Assembly: GCA_041910055.1 (NCBI GenBank)
Contig: JAYRRP010000003.1
Location: 237,973-301,972 of the forward strand
DNA length: 64,000 nucleotides
Source of the DNA: Candidatus Saccharimonadales bacterium
Lineage (GTDB): Bacteria; Patescibacteriota; Saccharimonadia; Saccharimonadales; JAYRRP01
Direction: 5' to 3'
The translations under genes and the position numbers were made by a program. The notes under the pieces are model-generated. The model saw only the letters and a list, made by a program, of their open reading frames with translations, did no database searches and had not been told where the DNA came from. This document shows positions 45,700 through 55,449 of this stretch, one piece after another. Position 1 is the first letter of the stretch. The number at the start of each line of letters is the position of its first letter.

Positions 45700-46653
45700 T
45701 CAAATGGTAACACTCTGGACAGGGTGGGATGTGGCAAGTTTCGGCCGATAAGGAGGCTTAAACACGTCCATGGCAACTCTCCGATGAGAGGTGGAACGAA
45801 GGGAGGAGAGCGCAGGAGTTGGTTTTACATAAGGCTGAGCCTGCTGAGTAATAGGTTGTGGTTTTAGCGGAAAAACTTTAGGCAGCAGATTTGGTTGAGG
45901 AGCGGGAACAGTGAATGTTTGTTGTGGAGCAGTTACTAGCTTGGGCTGGCGCCGCGTACGTGCATTAATGATCCAAACCCCCAACGCGCCTGTTTCAAAC
46001 AATACTAGCATAGGTGCGGCCATTAGTATTTGATTTACCGGATCAATCGTAGGGGTGAGTACAGCGGATAATACTGCAATACCTACAATAACCGGCCGTT
46101 GTGACTTTCGTATACCACCCGGGGGAAACATGCGGATTTTGTTCATAAAAAACATTAACAAAGGGAATTGGAACGCTAGCACGCAGCCAATAAAATAGGC
46201 GAATATAAAGTGTAGGTACTCGTTCGCACCTATGAGTGGTTTTATATGAGGGCCACTAAATTCTACAAGAAAGCGTAGCGTATTGGGGAGGCTGACATAG
46301 TAAGCATACGCGAGGCCTAAGGCCGCGAGCCCCACTGAACTACAGACTAACAATACTACTATTCTGCTACGTATTGGCTTAAAGGCCGGTCGTATAAACT
46401 GGGCGATATGAAAAAGCATGATCGGAATACTTAGGAGAAGACCGGTCAAGAAGCTAACCTGTACTACAAAACTAAGACCTCCGGCGGGACTAGTAAAGTA
46501 AAGGCTCTGGTCTAGTGGTTTACGCAGAATCTCTTCTATATGGTGATAGGCCAGAAATCCTATGCAGGCACCCATAATGAAAACAGCGAGTACATAAAAA
46601 AACCGCTTTTTTAACTCAGATAGATGCTCGCCGAATGTTTTTTGTGTTTCCAT
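45700..46653 (-). CDS. tatC: twin-arginine translocase subunit TatC (with a Pro/Gln-rich C-terminal extension)
   Basis: FGEHLSELKKRFFYVLAVFI..., six TMs, typical TatC layout; about 70 extra C-terminal residues. Confidence 0.9.
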   Translation of the reverse strand: METQKTFGEHLSELKKRFFYVLAVFIMGACIGFLAYHHIEEILRKPLDQSLYFTSPAGGLSFVVQVSFLTGLLLSIPIMLFHIAQFIRPAFKPIRSRIVVLLVCSSVGLAALGLAYAYYVSLPNTLRFLVEFSGPHIKPLIGANEYLHFIFAYFIGCVLAFQFPLLMFFMNKIRMFPPGGIRKSQRPVIVGIAVLSAVLTPTIDPVNQILMAAPMLVLFETGALGVWIINARTRRQPKLVTAPQQTFTVPAPQPNLLPKVFPLKPQPITQQAQPYVKPTPALSSLRSTSHRRVAMDVFKPPYRPKLATSHPVQSVTI

Positions 46654-46701
46654 TTTAATTTTCGCTTTTGATTTTTGATTTGAGGGGCTAGTTTTTTGGG
46701 T

Positions 46702-46881
46702 TTAACCTTTCTTCTTCGTTTTATCCTTTGAATTGTCGTCTTCGTTCAGTCCCTTTTTTACTTCACGCCCGAAAGAGCCGATACTGCGTCCAAGTTCTGG
46801 CAATTTCTTGGCACCAAAGAGCAACAGTATGATCAATACAATTATGATAAGCTCAGGTAAACCGATTCCAAGAAATTCCAT
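46702..46881 (-). CDS. tatA: twin-arginine translocase subunit TatA (59 aa; below the ORF-track cutoff)
   Basis: My own translation is MEFLGIGLPELIIIVLIILLLFGAKKLPELGRSIGSFGREVKKGLNEDDNSKDKTKKKG, the canonical TatA/E TM plus amphipathic helix (FG.KKLPELGR). Confidence 0.85.
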   Translation of the reverse strand: MEFLGIGLPELIIIVLIILLLFGAKKLPELGRSIGSFGREVKKGLNEDDNSKDKTKKKG

Positions 46882-47011
46882 GATTAACTTAAATCTTTCT
46901 TTACTTATCTTTTCGGTTGCATTTTAGCACAGAAAGTAAAGCATAGACAATTACCAGAAAAGTGTGCATGAATAGCTGCGAGGGACATATCACTGGTACA
47001 ATTAGATAACA

Positions 47012-47905
47012 ATGCCGGAGTTACCAGAGGTAGAGGCTATTCGTATAGGTTTGGCTGAATTATTGCCTGGCTTGAGCGTGCGCGGAGTCAACATATTAAG
47101 TGAGAAAAATTTCCAGGTTGCTCCTGGGGATGTGCAATCTTTTGTAGCGGGCGCAAAGATAAAAAAAGTCCGGCGCCGTGCGAAGGTATTAATTATTGAC
47201 CTCAGTACCGATTATTCTTTGATGGTACATCTTAAGATGACTGGACAACTGGTATTTTGTGCGACTGACGGACGTCGATTTGGTGCAGGACATCCAACTG
47301 ACAGTTTAGTAGGTACGCTACCTGACCTTTCTACGAGAGTAGAGTTTAAGCTCGATGGCGCCAGTCTTTACTTTAATGACCAACGGAAATTTGGTTGGAT
47401 ACGTTTGGTGCCCACCTCTCAAATACCAGAAGTAGATTTCATAAAAAAACTTGGCCCCGAGCCACTTGCAACTGATTTTTTGGCCACTGACTTTATCGTT
47501 CGTTTGTCAAAGCGGCCAGGTACTTCTATCAAAGCTGCTCTACTCGACCAAACAGTTATCGCTGGGGTGGGGAACATATATGCTGACGAAAGCTTATGGG
47601 GTGCTCGGCTGCATCCAGCGACTCTTGTACGTGATCTCACCGAGCGGCAAATGGAACTACTGCTCAATGAACTAAAAAAGGTGTTAGAGCTAAGCATCAG
47701 AAGTGGTGGCTCTACTGACCGTAACTACGTTGACGCAAATGGGAAAAAAGGGAGTTACTTGAATTTTGCTCGCGTATTTCGACGTGAGGGCCTTCGCTGC
47801 CCTCGTTGCGACACTATTATCCTCAAAACAAAAGTGGCTGGCCGGGGCACCCATTATTGTCCACGCTGTCAGCGTGATCCCAGATCAAAGGATGCCGCCA
47901 CATGA
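47012..47905 (+). CDS. mutM: formamidopyrimidine-DNA glycosylase
   Basis: N-terminal MPELPEVE, H2TH region, C-terminal zinc finger CPRC...CPRC. Confidence 0.92.
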   Translation: MPELPEVEAIRIGLAELLPGLSVRGVNILSEKNFQVAPGDVQSFVAGAKIKKVRRRAKVLIIDLSTDYSLMVHLKMTGQLVFCATDGRRFGAGHPTDSLVGTLPDLSTRVEFKLDGASLYFNDQRKFGWIRLVPTSQIPEVDFIKKLGPEPLATDFLATDFIVRLSKRPGTSIKAALLDQTVIAGVGNIYADESLWGARLHPATLVRDLTERQMELLLNELKKVLELSIRSGGSTDRNYVDANGKKGSYLNFARVFRREGLRCPRCDTIILKTKVAGRGTHYCPRCQRDPRSKDAAT

Positions 47906-48714
47906 GTCGTCGCTACGTAAAAACAGTCGCTGTCACTATTAAAAGGATACTGGTGCTGGTGATCAGTGCAGTAATAATTTTGAATATCTATCTTATTTTG
48001 CTACCGAACGTATGGTATCGAGATCATCTATTAATAAGTTTGATTATATTATGGCTATTAAGCGCATATATTGTCTTACCGAGGCTACACCGACTGCTGT
48101 CTAAACTATACGTTCCGCAATATTTTATTGGTCGGACCCGTACTGCCGATGGGTTACTCGGTGACCCGGTTAACTTAGCAGTAATTGGTAAACAGCGAGA
48201 TCTGACGAAAGCCTTAAAGAAGGCTGGTTGGCAACCAGCAGACCCCAAAACGCTAAAAACCGGTTTGAAAATTGTGTGGTGCGGCCTGCGCCGCCGCCCC
48301 TATCCCAGTGCTCCAGTGAGCGACTTATTTATCTTTGGGCGTAAACAGGATTTGGCTTATCAAATGGAAGTAGGGGGTAATCCTCGGCAACGTCATCACG
48401 TGCGTTTCTGGAAAACACCCACTGGCTGGTATTTGCCCGGCGGGCATAAAGCCGATTGGCTCGGGGCAGCTACGTATGATAAGGCGGTTGGATTATCTTG
48501 GTTTACGGGGCAAATCACACACACTATAGACATAAATATTGATAAAGAACGTGATTTTCTGCTAGAGAGTTTAAGACAGGCGGAAACAGTCAATTCATAT
48601 GATGAGATTAAGCACTTCTTTCCCGCTTACCGATCTATTAATGGTGGCGGTAACCGAGTAATGACGGATGGGTCATTAGCATTTGTACACTTGCTTGAGA
48701 GGCACTCTAAATGA
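47902..48714 (+). CDS. LssY-C-terminal-domain-like membrane protein
   Basis: Two N-terminal TMs; DPVNLAVIG...HHVRFW... pattern. ATGA overlap with mutM. Confidence 0.5.
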   Translation: MSRRYVKTVAVTIKRILVLVISAVIILNIYLILLPNVWYRDHLLISLIILWLLSAYIVLPRLHRLLSKLYVPQYFIGRTRTADGLLGDPVNLAVIGKQRDLTKALKKAGWQPADPKTLKTGLKIVWCGLRRRPYPSAPVSDLFIFGRKQDLAYQMEVGGNPRQRHHVRFWKTPTGWYLPGGHKADWLGAATYDKAVGLSWFTGQITHTIDINIDKERDFLLESLRQAETVNSYDEIKHFFPAYRSINGGGNRVMTDGSLAFVHLLERHSK

Positions 48715-49637
48715 CGGCTATAACTCTCACAGGTGACAATAGCTACCTAATATTTACGGAGTTGCGTCGTCTGGAAGAGAACTTTCGTAATGAAAATGAT
48801 GCTATTGGGATTGAACGTATTGACGCAGGGGAGATGGAAGCAGCCGATTTCTTACACCATTTACAATCCGTTCCATTGCTATCTAGTAAGCGTTTTCTAG
48901 CGGTACGTGGCTTCTCTCGCAATAAATATCTGAGTGAAAAAGTTGAACAAATTATTAGTTCGCTGGACGAGGGTACTGATTTAGTTATTCTTGAGCCGAA
49001 CCCTGATAAACGAACCCGGTCGTACAAAGCATTACATCAACTCACTGATTGGCATGAGTATACAGTTCTAGATGAACGCAAACTTGTAGGTTGGATAGTT
49101 GAGTACGTTGAGGCGGACGGAGGCAGGATTAACCGTACTGACGCTGCCTATATAGTTACTAGACTCACCGCTGACCAACAACTTTTGAAAAACGAATTAG
49201 ATAAATTACTAAACTACCAAGCTGAAATTACTCGGCAAACAATCGATTTATTAACTGAACCGTCACCACAGAGTAATGTATTTGACCTGCTTGACGCTGC
49301 CTTTTCATCTTCCGCTAGACGAACAATATTACTCTATCGTGAATTGCGTCAGCAGAACGTTGAACCCTTAAGTATTTTAGCGATGATTGGTTGGCAGTTG
49401 TGCGTATTGGCTCTTGTAAGCGCTGCTGGCACACGTGACGCTGGAAGCATTAGCCGAGAGGCTGGTCTGAATCCTTTTGTGATCCGTAAAAGCCAGCGAG
49501 TGCTTCAAGCATTAAGCAGGGAGAGGGTAGAGAGACTCTTACGGCAGACCATGAAGACAGAATATGAACTTAAAACCCAATCAATAGATGCCGATGAGGC
49601 AATTATCCAGCTTCTGATAGAGATTGCGCTTACTTAA
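48711..49637 (+). CDS. holA: DNA polymerase III delta subunit
   Basis: 308 aa. Size, layout and position fit HolA (N-terminal ...LTGDNSYLI..., C-terminal helical domain). ATGA overlap upstream. Confidence 0.7.
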   Translation: MTAITLTGDNSYLIFTELRRLEENFRNENDAIGIERIDAGEMEAADFLHHLQSVPLLSSKRFLAVRGFSRNKYLSEKVEQIISSLDEGTDLVILEPNPDKRTRSYKALHQLTDWHEYTVLDERKLVGWIVEYVEADGGRINRTDAAYIVTRLTADQQLLKNELDKLLNYQAEITRQTIDLLTEPSPQSNVFDLLDAAFSSSARRTILLYRELRQQNVEPLSILAMIGWQLCVLALVSAAGTRDAGSISREAGLNPFVIRKSQRVLQALSRERVERLLRQTMKTEYELKTQSIDADEAIIQLLIEIALT

Positions 49638-49638
49638 C

Positions 49639-50022
49639 TTATTTTTTTGATTTCGCTGTAGGAGTAGACTTTTTGGCTGCTGTTTTCTTAGTTGCTGGTT
49701 TTTTTGTGGTTGTCGGCTTTTTGACAGAAGACTTTTTCGCGGCTGGCTTGGCAGCTTGGTGGGCATGGGCTTTGCTCATCGCTTTGGCAAGTTGTCGTTT
49801 CTTGCGGGCGGCTTTGTTTTTGTGCATCACCCCTTTCTTTACCGCTTTATCAAGAGAGCTTTGGCTTTTATTGGCAGCTGCTTCGGCTTGTTTCTTGTTG
49901 CCACTGAGGCTTGTCTGGAAAGATTTAAGTGCAATTCTTAGTGATCGCTTAGTTCTACGATTACGGATAGTGGCTTTCTTAGCAACGCGAACGCGTTTTT
50001 TGGCCGATTTAATGATAGGCAT
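49639..50022 (-). CDS. rpsT: 30S ribosomal protein S20 with a Lys/Ala/Thr-rich C-terminal extension
   Basis: MPIIKSAKKRVRVAKKATIRNRRTKS is canonical S20. At 127 aa it is longer than the typical S20 (roughly 85-90 aa from memory). Confidence 0.9.
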   Translation of the reverse strand: MPIIKSAKKRVRVAKKATIRNRRTKRSLRIALKSFQTSLSGNKKQAEAAANKSQSSLDKAVKKGVMHKNKAARKKRQLAKAMSKAHAHQAAKPAAKKSSVKKPTTTKKPATKKTAAKKSTPTAKSKK

Positions 50023-50187
50023 GTAATATTCTTTAACCTTGGTTATTTACAAATCGAAGGTAACTATACAAGAAGAGACCCTATTTTGTAAAGTAATTAC
50101 CAGTAAAATATAGACAAGATATTTACGTTTATGGTAATCTTGTCACTAAAGAGTTATAAAAATAAAAACTATCTATAAAAAAGTCCC

Positions 50188-52011
50188 ATGAACCCGCAAC
50201 AGCATCAACCACCCCCTGGCCAACCGCCAATTGTACCTCCAGGCCAACCTCCTTACAACCTGCCGCCTTCTATGGGGCCAGCTACTCCACCTCCGTCATA
50301 TAGTCCCCCCTCTACGCCAAATCCTTACAACCTGCCGCCTTCAATTGGACCTGCCCAGCCTTCGCTTGGGGCAACGCCTCCCTCTATGCAACCGTTGCAA
50401 CCTCTTGTGCCTTTGTCGCCAAATGCACCACCACCGGATAACAATAATAATTCAGCAGGTGCTGCGCGTTCACAAGTGGCCGATAGCATTAAAAATGCGG
50501 TCAATGTATTAGTAACAGTTAGCAATAACCCTTCAGTTGACCAATTGGCAGCAGCGATAGGGCTGACACTTGTGTTAAACAAACTCAACAAGCACGGTAC
50601 CGCGGTTTTTAGTGGAGAAGTTCCTTCTACAATAGAATTTCTGCAACCTGAACAGACTCTAGAGAAAAATACAGATTCTTTGCGTGATTTCATCATTGCT
50701 CTTGATAAAGCGAAAGCAGACAAATTGCGCTACAAGCTCGAAGACAAGTTTGTAAAAATTTTTATTACGCCTTATCACACGAGTTTAAGTGAAGATGACC
50801 TGGAGTTTAGCCAGGGTGATTTTAACGTAGATGTGGTGGTTGCGCTTGGTGTTAAGCAAAAAGATGAGCTTGACCAGGCCATTACTGCTCATGGCCGGAT
50901 CCTGCATGATGCCAGTGTAGTGAGCATTAATGATACGCCAGGCGGAGAACTTGGCACGATAAATATGACTGATACGAAGGCCAGCTCATTGAGTGAGATT
51001 GTAGTGGGATTACTAGATGAGATAAATGGTGCGAGTAAAGCATTTGACGGACAGATTGCTACTGCCTTTCTCACGGGTATTGTCGCCGAAACTGAACGTT
51101 TCAGTAATGATAAGACTACTTCGTTGACAATGAACACTGCTGCCAAACTTATGAGTGCAGGTGCCAATCAGCAGCTTATTGCAACTAAACTAGAGGAGCC
51201 TAAGCCAATTCCGCAAGATGATGGCCAAGCAGTCGCGCCTGCTACACCTAGTGACACTACAGCAGGACCACCTAAACCGATACAGAGTAAAGACGGTTCA
51301 TTGCAGATTGAACACGATGAAGAAGATGATGAAAATACAAAAACACTTGCTGACATTGAAGAAGAAGTGGCCGGTGAAGATGGTGAGAATGCAGTGGATA
51401 AGATACACATTGATGAGGAGGGAACCTTGCACCGCGCGGCGGATCCAGATCAGGAAATGCTTCCAGAGCCTCCAAAACTCCCAACTCCTTCTCGTATCGT
51501 GACCCAGCCGCCAGTTTTGGGTGGTGCATTGTCAGCCAACACTAAAAGGGAATCGGTTGATCCTTCTGTTGACCCATTGACCCCCCAGGTTGCACCGCTG
51601 CCGACACCAGCGCTTGAACACTCTAAAGCGCAAGCGGTTGATCCTAATCATAAGTTTGACGATGAAACTCTGTCAGAGATTGAACAAGACGTGGCGAGTC
51701 CACATGCTCAGCAGAATGCTGCTCCGTTTCCTTCACCTCTCTCTCCCCTCGTACCACCAGCCACAGAGGCACCATTACAACCAATTGCAGCCCTGAATGC
51801 CCAGCCAGTAGACCTTGAACTTGGTCACAATGACCAGAAGCTACCTACTCCTGATAATGCGCCTCAATATCCTTCACAATTAGTGCCACCTGTCAACCAA
51901 CTGCCGCCAGATAGTACAGCCGGCAGTCCAACGCCCTCAGCTCCTCCCCCGGTACCGCCACCATTTATGCCCCCTACTGATAACCAATTGCCACCACCCG
52001 CTCCCCAATAG
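50188..52011 (+). CDS. Pro-rich protein with a central degenerate DHH/DHHA1-like domain
   Basis: The N- and C-terminal ~100 aa are P/Q/S-rich. The centre resembles NrnA-type layout (..DQLAAAIGL..LNKHG..; VSINDTPG in place of DHH; LTGIVAETERFSN..T..AAKLMSAGA). Confidence 0.5.
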   Translation: MNPQQHQPPPGQPPIVPPGQPPYNLPPSMGPATPPPSYSPPSTPNPYNLPPSIGPAQPSLGATPPSMQPLQPLVPLSPNAPPPDNNNNSAGAARSQVADSIKNAVNVLVTVSNNPSVDQLAAAIGLTLVLNKLNKHGTAVFSGEVPSTIEFLQPEQTLEKNTDSLRDFIIALDKAKADKLRYKLEDKFVKIFITPYHTSLSEDDLEFSQGDFNVDVVVALGVKQKDELDQAITAHGRILHDASVVSINDTPGGELGTINMTDTKASSLSEIVVGLLDEINGASKAFDGQIATAFLTGIVAETERFSNDKTTSLTMNTAAKLMSAGANQQLIATKLEEPKPIPQDDGQAVAPATPSDTTAGPPKPIQSKDGSLQIEHDEEDDENTKTLADIEEEVAGEDGENAVDKIHIDEEGTLHRAADPDQEMLPEPPKLPTPSRIVTQPPVLGGALSANTKRESVDPSVDPLTPQVAPLPTPALEHSKAQAVDPNHKFDDETLSEIEQDVASPHAQQNAAPFPSPLSPLVPPATEAPLQPIAALNAQPVDLELGHNDQKLPTPDNAPQYPSQLVPPVNQLPPDSTAGSPTPSAPPPVPPPFMPPTDNQLPPPAPQ

Positions 52012-52056
52012 ATACACTCTCTGCTCTCTATTACACATAGCGTATAATCACCGATA

Positions 52057-52749
52057 ATGACTGATGTTTTTGGAGGAGTTCTACTTATTGATAAGCCAAA
52101 ACACTGGACTTCTTTTGACGTGGTTGCCAAAGTAAGAGGTATCCTCACGCGCAGTGGCCTAACAAAACCAAAAGTGGGGCACACCGGCACCCTTGATCCC
52201 TTAGCTACAGGTTTGCTAGTTCTACTGATAGGTGGCTATACAAAACAAGCCGGTGCGTTTACGAAGCTGGATAAAACTTATGAGGTTGAAATGATTTTGG
52301 GTCAGACTAGTAGTACGGGCGATGAAGAAGGGGAAAAGACGAAGTATAATGACTCGATTCCAACCCTGGAAGAAGTTCAAGCTGCTTTTAGTCAATTTAC
52401 TGGGAAGATATCACAAGTACCTCCTTCTTACTCAGCACGGAAGATAAATGGGACACGAGCTTACAAATTAGCGAGAGAAGGCAAAATAGTTACCTTAAAA
52501 CCCAGTACAGTAACGGTCTATTCAATAGAATTAAAGGAATACGAATACCCTATAGTGCGTTTTGTATCTAAGGTCTCAAGCGGTACCTATATACGGAGTC
52601 TTGTAGAAGACATAGGAAAGGTACTTGGAAGTGGTGCTTACACTAAGGAGTTGCATCGAACCTCTGTCGGGCTTTTTCACCTTAAGAACGCGCTGGCTGT
52701 AGATGACCTTAAGGCTGAACAGATGTATGACTCATTACTAAAGGCTTGA
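52057..52749 (+). CDS. truB: tRNA pseudouridine-55 synthase
   Basis: GVLLIDKP...TSFDVV...VGHTGTLDPLATGLL catalytic motif. TATAAT ends 8 nt before the ATG. Confidence 0.92.
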   Translation: MTDVFGGVLLIDKPKHWTSFDVVAKVRGILTRSGLTKPKVGHTGTLDPLATGLLVLLIGGYTKQAGAFTKLDKTYEVEMILGQTSSTGDEEGEKTKYNDSIPTLEEVQAAFSQFTGKISQVPPSYSARKINGTRAYKLAREGKIVTLKPSTVTVYSIELKEYEYPIVRFVSKVSSGTYIRSLVEDIGKVLGSGAYTKELHRTSVGLFHLKNALAVDDLKAEQMYDSLLKA

Positions 52750-52785
52750 TTAAATTGCCGCTATCTGTTAAGATGAAGGCGACGT

Positions 52786-53052
52786 ATGATCAGTGGTGAG
52801 AATAAACAGGCAGTAATTGCCAAGTTGCAGTCCAAAAAAACCGATACGGGCTCCAGTGCCGTTCAGGTCGGTATCCTTACTGCACGGATTGCTGAATTAA
52901 CAGACCATTTGAAAGTTCATAAGAAAGATTACGCTTCCCGCCGTGGATTACTGCAGATGGTAGGTGAACGGCGACGGTTGCTACGCTTTATCGCCTCCAA
53001 AGATAGTGAAGAATATCTGAAGCTCATTGAAAAATTAGGCATACGCCGGTAG
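52786..53052 (+). CDS. rpsO: 30S ribosomal protein S15
   Basis: 88 aa; DTGSSAVQVGILTARIAELTDHLKVHKKDYASRRGLL is canonical S15. Confidence 0.95.
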   Translation: MISGENKQAVIAKLQSKKTDTGSSAVQVGILTARIAELTDHLKVHKKDYASRRGLLQMVGERRRLLRFIASKDSEEYLKLIEKLGIRR

Positions 53053-53192
53053 TCTGCTGCAGGCAGACAACTTTCGACTTTTGCTTGAATTCCCGGCAGG
53101 TGACCAAAAGGCACGTATATCACCCCTCCCAATCGATATACATGCAAATGGTTGACCTGCCTCGAACTCAGGCGGGAGCAGACAGTTGTCTG
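53052..53192 (+). promoter_or_regulatory. long nested stem-loop in the rpsO-pnp spacer (candidate pnp leader / RNase III-type processing element)
   Basis: Nested pairings 53064-53072/53184-53192, 53095-53105/53150-53161 and 53111-53121/53135-53145; apical loop ACCCCTCCCAATC. Confidence 0.4.
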
Positions 53193-53316
53193 AATCAATA
53201 AATTAAAGGATTTGGAATCGCACACGTAAGTCTAAGTGACAGAGTACAGGTGTCCTTCGCGGCAAGGATAACTGACCCCTGTTACTTAACGGTTCCGGTA
53301 GAGAGGTAAAAACTAT

Positions 53317-55449
53317 ATGTCACAAACCATTAATCCCTTTGGTAAGAAAATTATCAAAGTAGAGACTGAATTCTGTGGACGCACCCTCAGCTTGGAAGTT
53401 GGCCGGGTTGGTTTTCGCACTACAAGCTCAGTTATTGCTCGCTATGGCGATACGGTTGTACTTGGCACCGCCATGGTAGGCAATGAGCCAATCAGCGGCT
53501 TTGATTACTTTCCACTCAGTATTGATTATGAAGAAAGAATGTATGCTGCCGGAAAAATCAGTGGTAGCCGGTTTATCAAGCGTGAAGGCCGCCCCAGCGA
53601 AGATGCGATTTTAATCGGCCGGCTTATTGACCGTCCAATTCGCCCGCTTTGGCCTAAGGGTTATCGGCATGAGGTTCAAGGGGTGGCTACTGTACTCAGC
53701 ATGGATCCTGAGTTTCGACCGGATATGGTTGCGATGCTGGCAATGAGTGCGGCTTTTATGCTGACAGGTGCACCTTTTGAAGGTCCGGTAGCCGGGGTAC
53801 GGATCGGTTGGGTAGAGAACAAACCAGTAGCATTTGTCTCGCCAGAAACTCTCCAGACTGGACCGTTAGATTTAGTGGTGGCTGGTACCAAAGACGCCAT
53901 TATGATGGTGGAGGCTGGTGCCCAAGAAGTGAGCGAAGAGGATGTTGTCACTGCGCTGGAATATGGCCACAAGGCAATCCAGCCTGCTCTACGTCTCCAA
54001 GAGGAACTAGTGAAAAAAATTGGGGTGAAGAAACAGAAATATACACTTTCACTGCCCGATGAGGATATTCAAAACCGCGTAGGAACTTGGCTGGAGGGTA
54101 AATTAGGCGTGGGCTTGCGTTTACCATACCCAGAACGGAATGATTTAGTGAGAAACCTTCGTGACCAAATGCTCGCGCACTTTGCTGATGAACTAGGTGA
54201 GGCGTATGATGAGAAAACCCAAGAATATGAAGATGCCTTCACGATGGCACTGCATAAAGATGTCAGAAAAGGCATTATAAGTGATGGCGTTCGTCCTGAT
54301 GGACGTAAGCTGGAAGAGATACGCCCACTATCGAGTGAAGTGAGTATCTTACCGCGCGTGCATGGCTCGAGCTTATTTAGCCGTGGTCTAACCCAAGCAA
54401 TGAATATTGTCACCCTGGCTCCCCTGAGCTATTCCCAATTGATTGATACCATGGAAAAAGAAGGCGGAAAGCGTTACATGCACCATTACAATGCTCCCGG
54501 CTATACAGTAGGTGAGATTCGTCGCTTAGGTGGTCCTGGACGCCGTGAAATTGGCCACAGTGCGTTGGCGGAAAGAGCTCTTACTCCCGTTTTACCAGGT
54601 GAGGATGAATTTCCTTACAGCATCCGTTCAGTTACCGAGATTATGAGCCAGAACGGAAGCACCAGTATGGCGGCGACCTGTTCAAGCTGCTTGGCCTTGA
54701 TGGATGCAGGTGTATCGCTAAAACGGCCGGTAAGTGGCATTGCAATGGGACTGATGATAGATGGCAAGAAGCCTTATATTCTCAGTGATATTGCTGACGC
54801 TGAAGATTTTGCAGGGGATATGGACTTTAAGGTGGCTGGTACAGAAAAAGGGATTACTGCACTGCAAATGGATATGAAAGTACATGGTTTACCGGTATCG
54901 GTTCTAAAGCAAGCGCTGCTGCAGGGGAAGGAAGGAAGAGCTGAGATTCTTCGCCACATGCTATCAGTGTTGCCGCAGCCGCGCCAGACTCTCAGTCCAC
55001 ACGCACCTCGAGTGGAATCTATTAAGATCAACCCTGAAAAAATTCGGGAAGTTATTGGCAAGGGCGGTGAGACAATTAACAAAATAATTGCTGAGACAGG
55101 TGCCACTATTGATATTAAAGATGACGGTACGGTTATGATAGCCAGCCCAAACTCGGCCAGCATCGAAGCCGCTATCGCGTGGATACAAACACTTACTGCC
55201 GAACCGGAAGTAGGCAAAATCTATCAGAATGCCCGGGTGGTAAGCGTACTTGATTTTGGGGCATTCGTAGAGATTCTTCCTGGCCGTGAAGGACTAGTCC
55301 ATGTCAGTGAAATGGCAGAGGAGCGTGTCAATAAACCGAGCGATATTGTCAAAGAAGGTGATCATGTTACCGTTAAATTAGTAGCTATAGATGATCGTGG
55401 GCGTTTACAGTTGAGCATTAAAGCTGCCAAGAGGGAACAGAAAAAATGA
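53317..55449 (+). CDS. pnp: polyribonucleotide nucleotidyltransferase (PNPase)
   Basis: 710 aa; two RNase PH-like domains, KH ([10 protein letters not shown]) and S1 ([18 protein letters not shown]). Confidence 0.96.
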   Translation: MSQTINPFGKKIIKVETEFCGRTLSLEVGRVGFRTTSSVIARYGDTVVLGTAMVGNEPISGFDYFPLSIDYEERMYAAGKISGSRFIKREGRPSEDAILIGRLIDRPIRPLWPKGYRHEVQGVATVLSMDPEFRPDMVAMLAMSAAFMLTGAPFEGPVAGVRIGWVENKPVAFVSPETLQTGPLDLVVAGTKDAIMMVEAGAQEVSEEDVVTALEYGHKAIQPALRLQEELVKKIGVKKQKYTLSLPDEDIQNRVGTWLEGKLGVGLRLPYPERNDLVRNLRDQMLAHFADELGEAYDEKTQEYEDAFTMALHKDVRKGIISDGVRPDGRKLEEIRPLSSEVSILPRVHGSSLFSRGLTQAMNIVTLAPLSYSQLIDTMEKEGGKRYMHHYNAPGYTVGEIRRLGGPGRREIGHSALAERALTPVLPGEDEFPYSIRSVTEIMSQNGSTSMAATCSSCLALMDAGVSLKRPVSGIAMGLMIDGKKPYILSDIADAEDFAGDMDFKVAGTEKGITALQMDMKVHGLPVSVLKQALLQGKEGRAEILRHMLSVLPQPRQTLSPHAPRVESIKINPEKIREVIGKGGETINKIIAETGATIDIKDDGTVMIASPNSASIEAAIAWIQTLTAEPEVGKIYQNARVVSVLDFGAFVEILPGREGLVHVSEMAEERVNKPSDIVKEGDHVTVKLVAIDDRGRLQLSIKAAKREQKK

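Noticed and set aside
46733-46927. 64-aa plus-strand ORF in the tatA region.
   Set aside because: It is antisense to a canonical 59-aa TatA (46702-46881, minus), which explains the open frame.
50113-50144. 8-bp inverted repeat GACAAGAT-N16-ATCTTGTC between rpsT and the 50188 gene.
   Set aside because: It is a single short inverted repeat in an AT-rich divergent promoter region. It could be an operator, but there is no second copy or associated regulator to support it.
50251-50342. Perfect 20-bp direct repeat CCTTACAACCTGCCGCCTTC (50251-50270 and 50323-50342).
   Set aside because: It lies in-frame within the Pro-rich N-terminus and encodes the repeated peptide PYNLPPS. It is low-complexity coding repetition, not a mobile-element or regulatory repeat.
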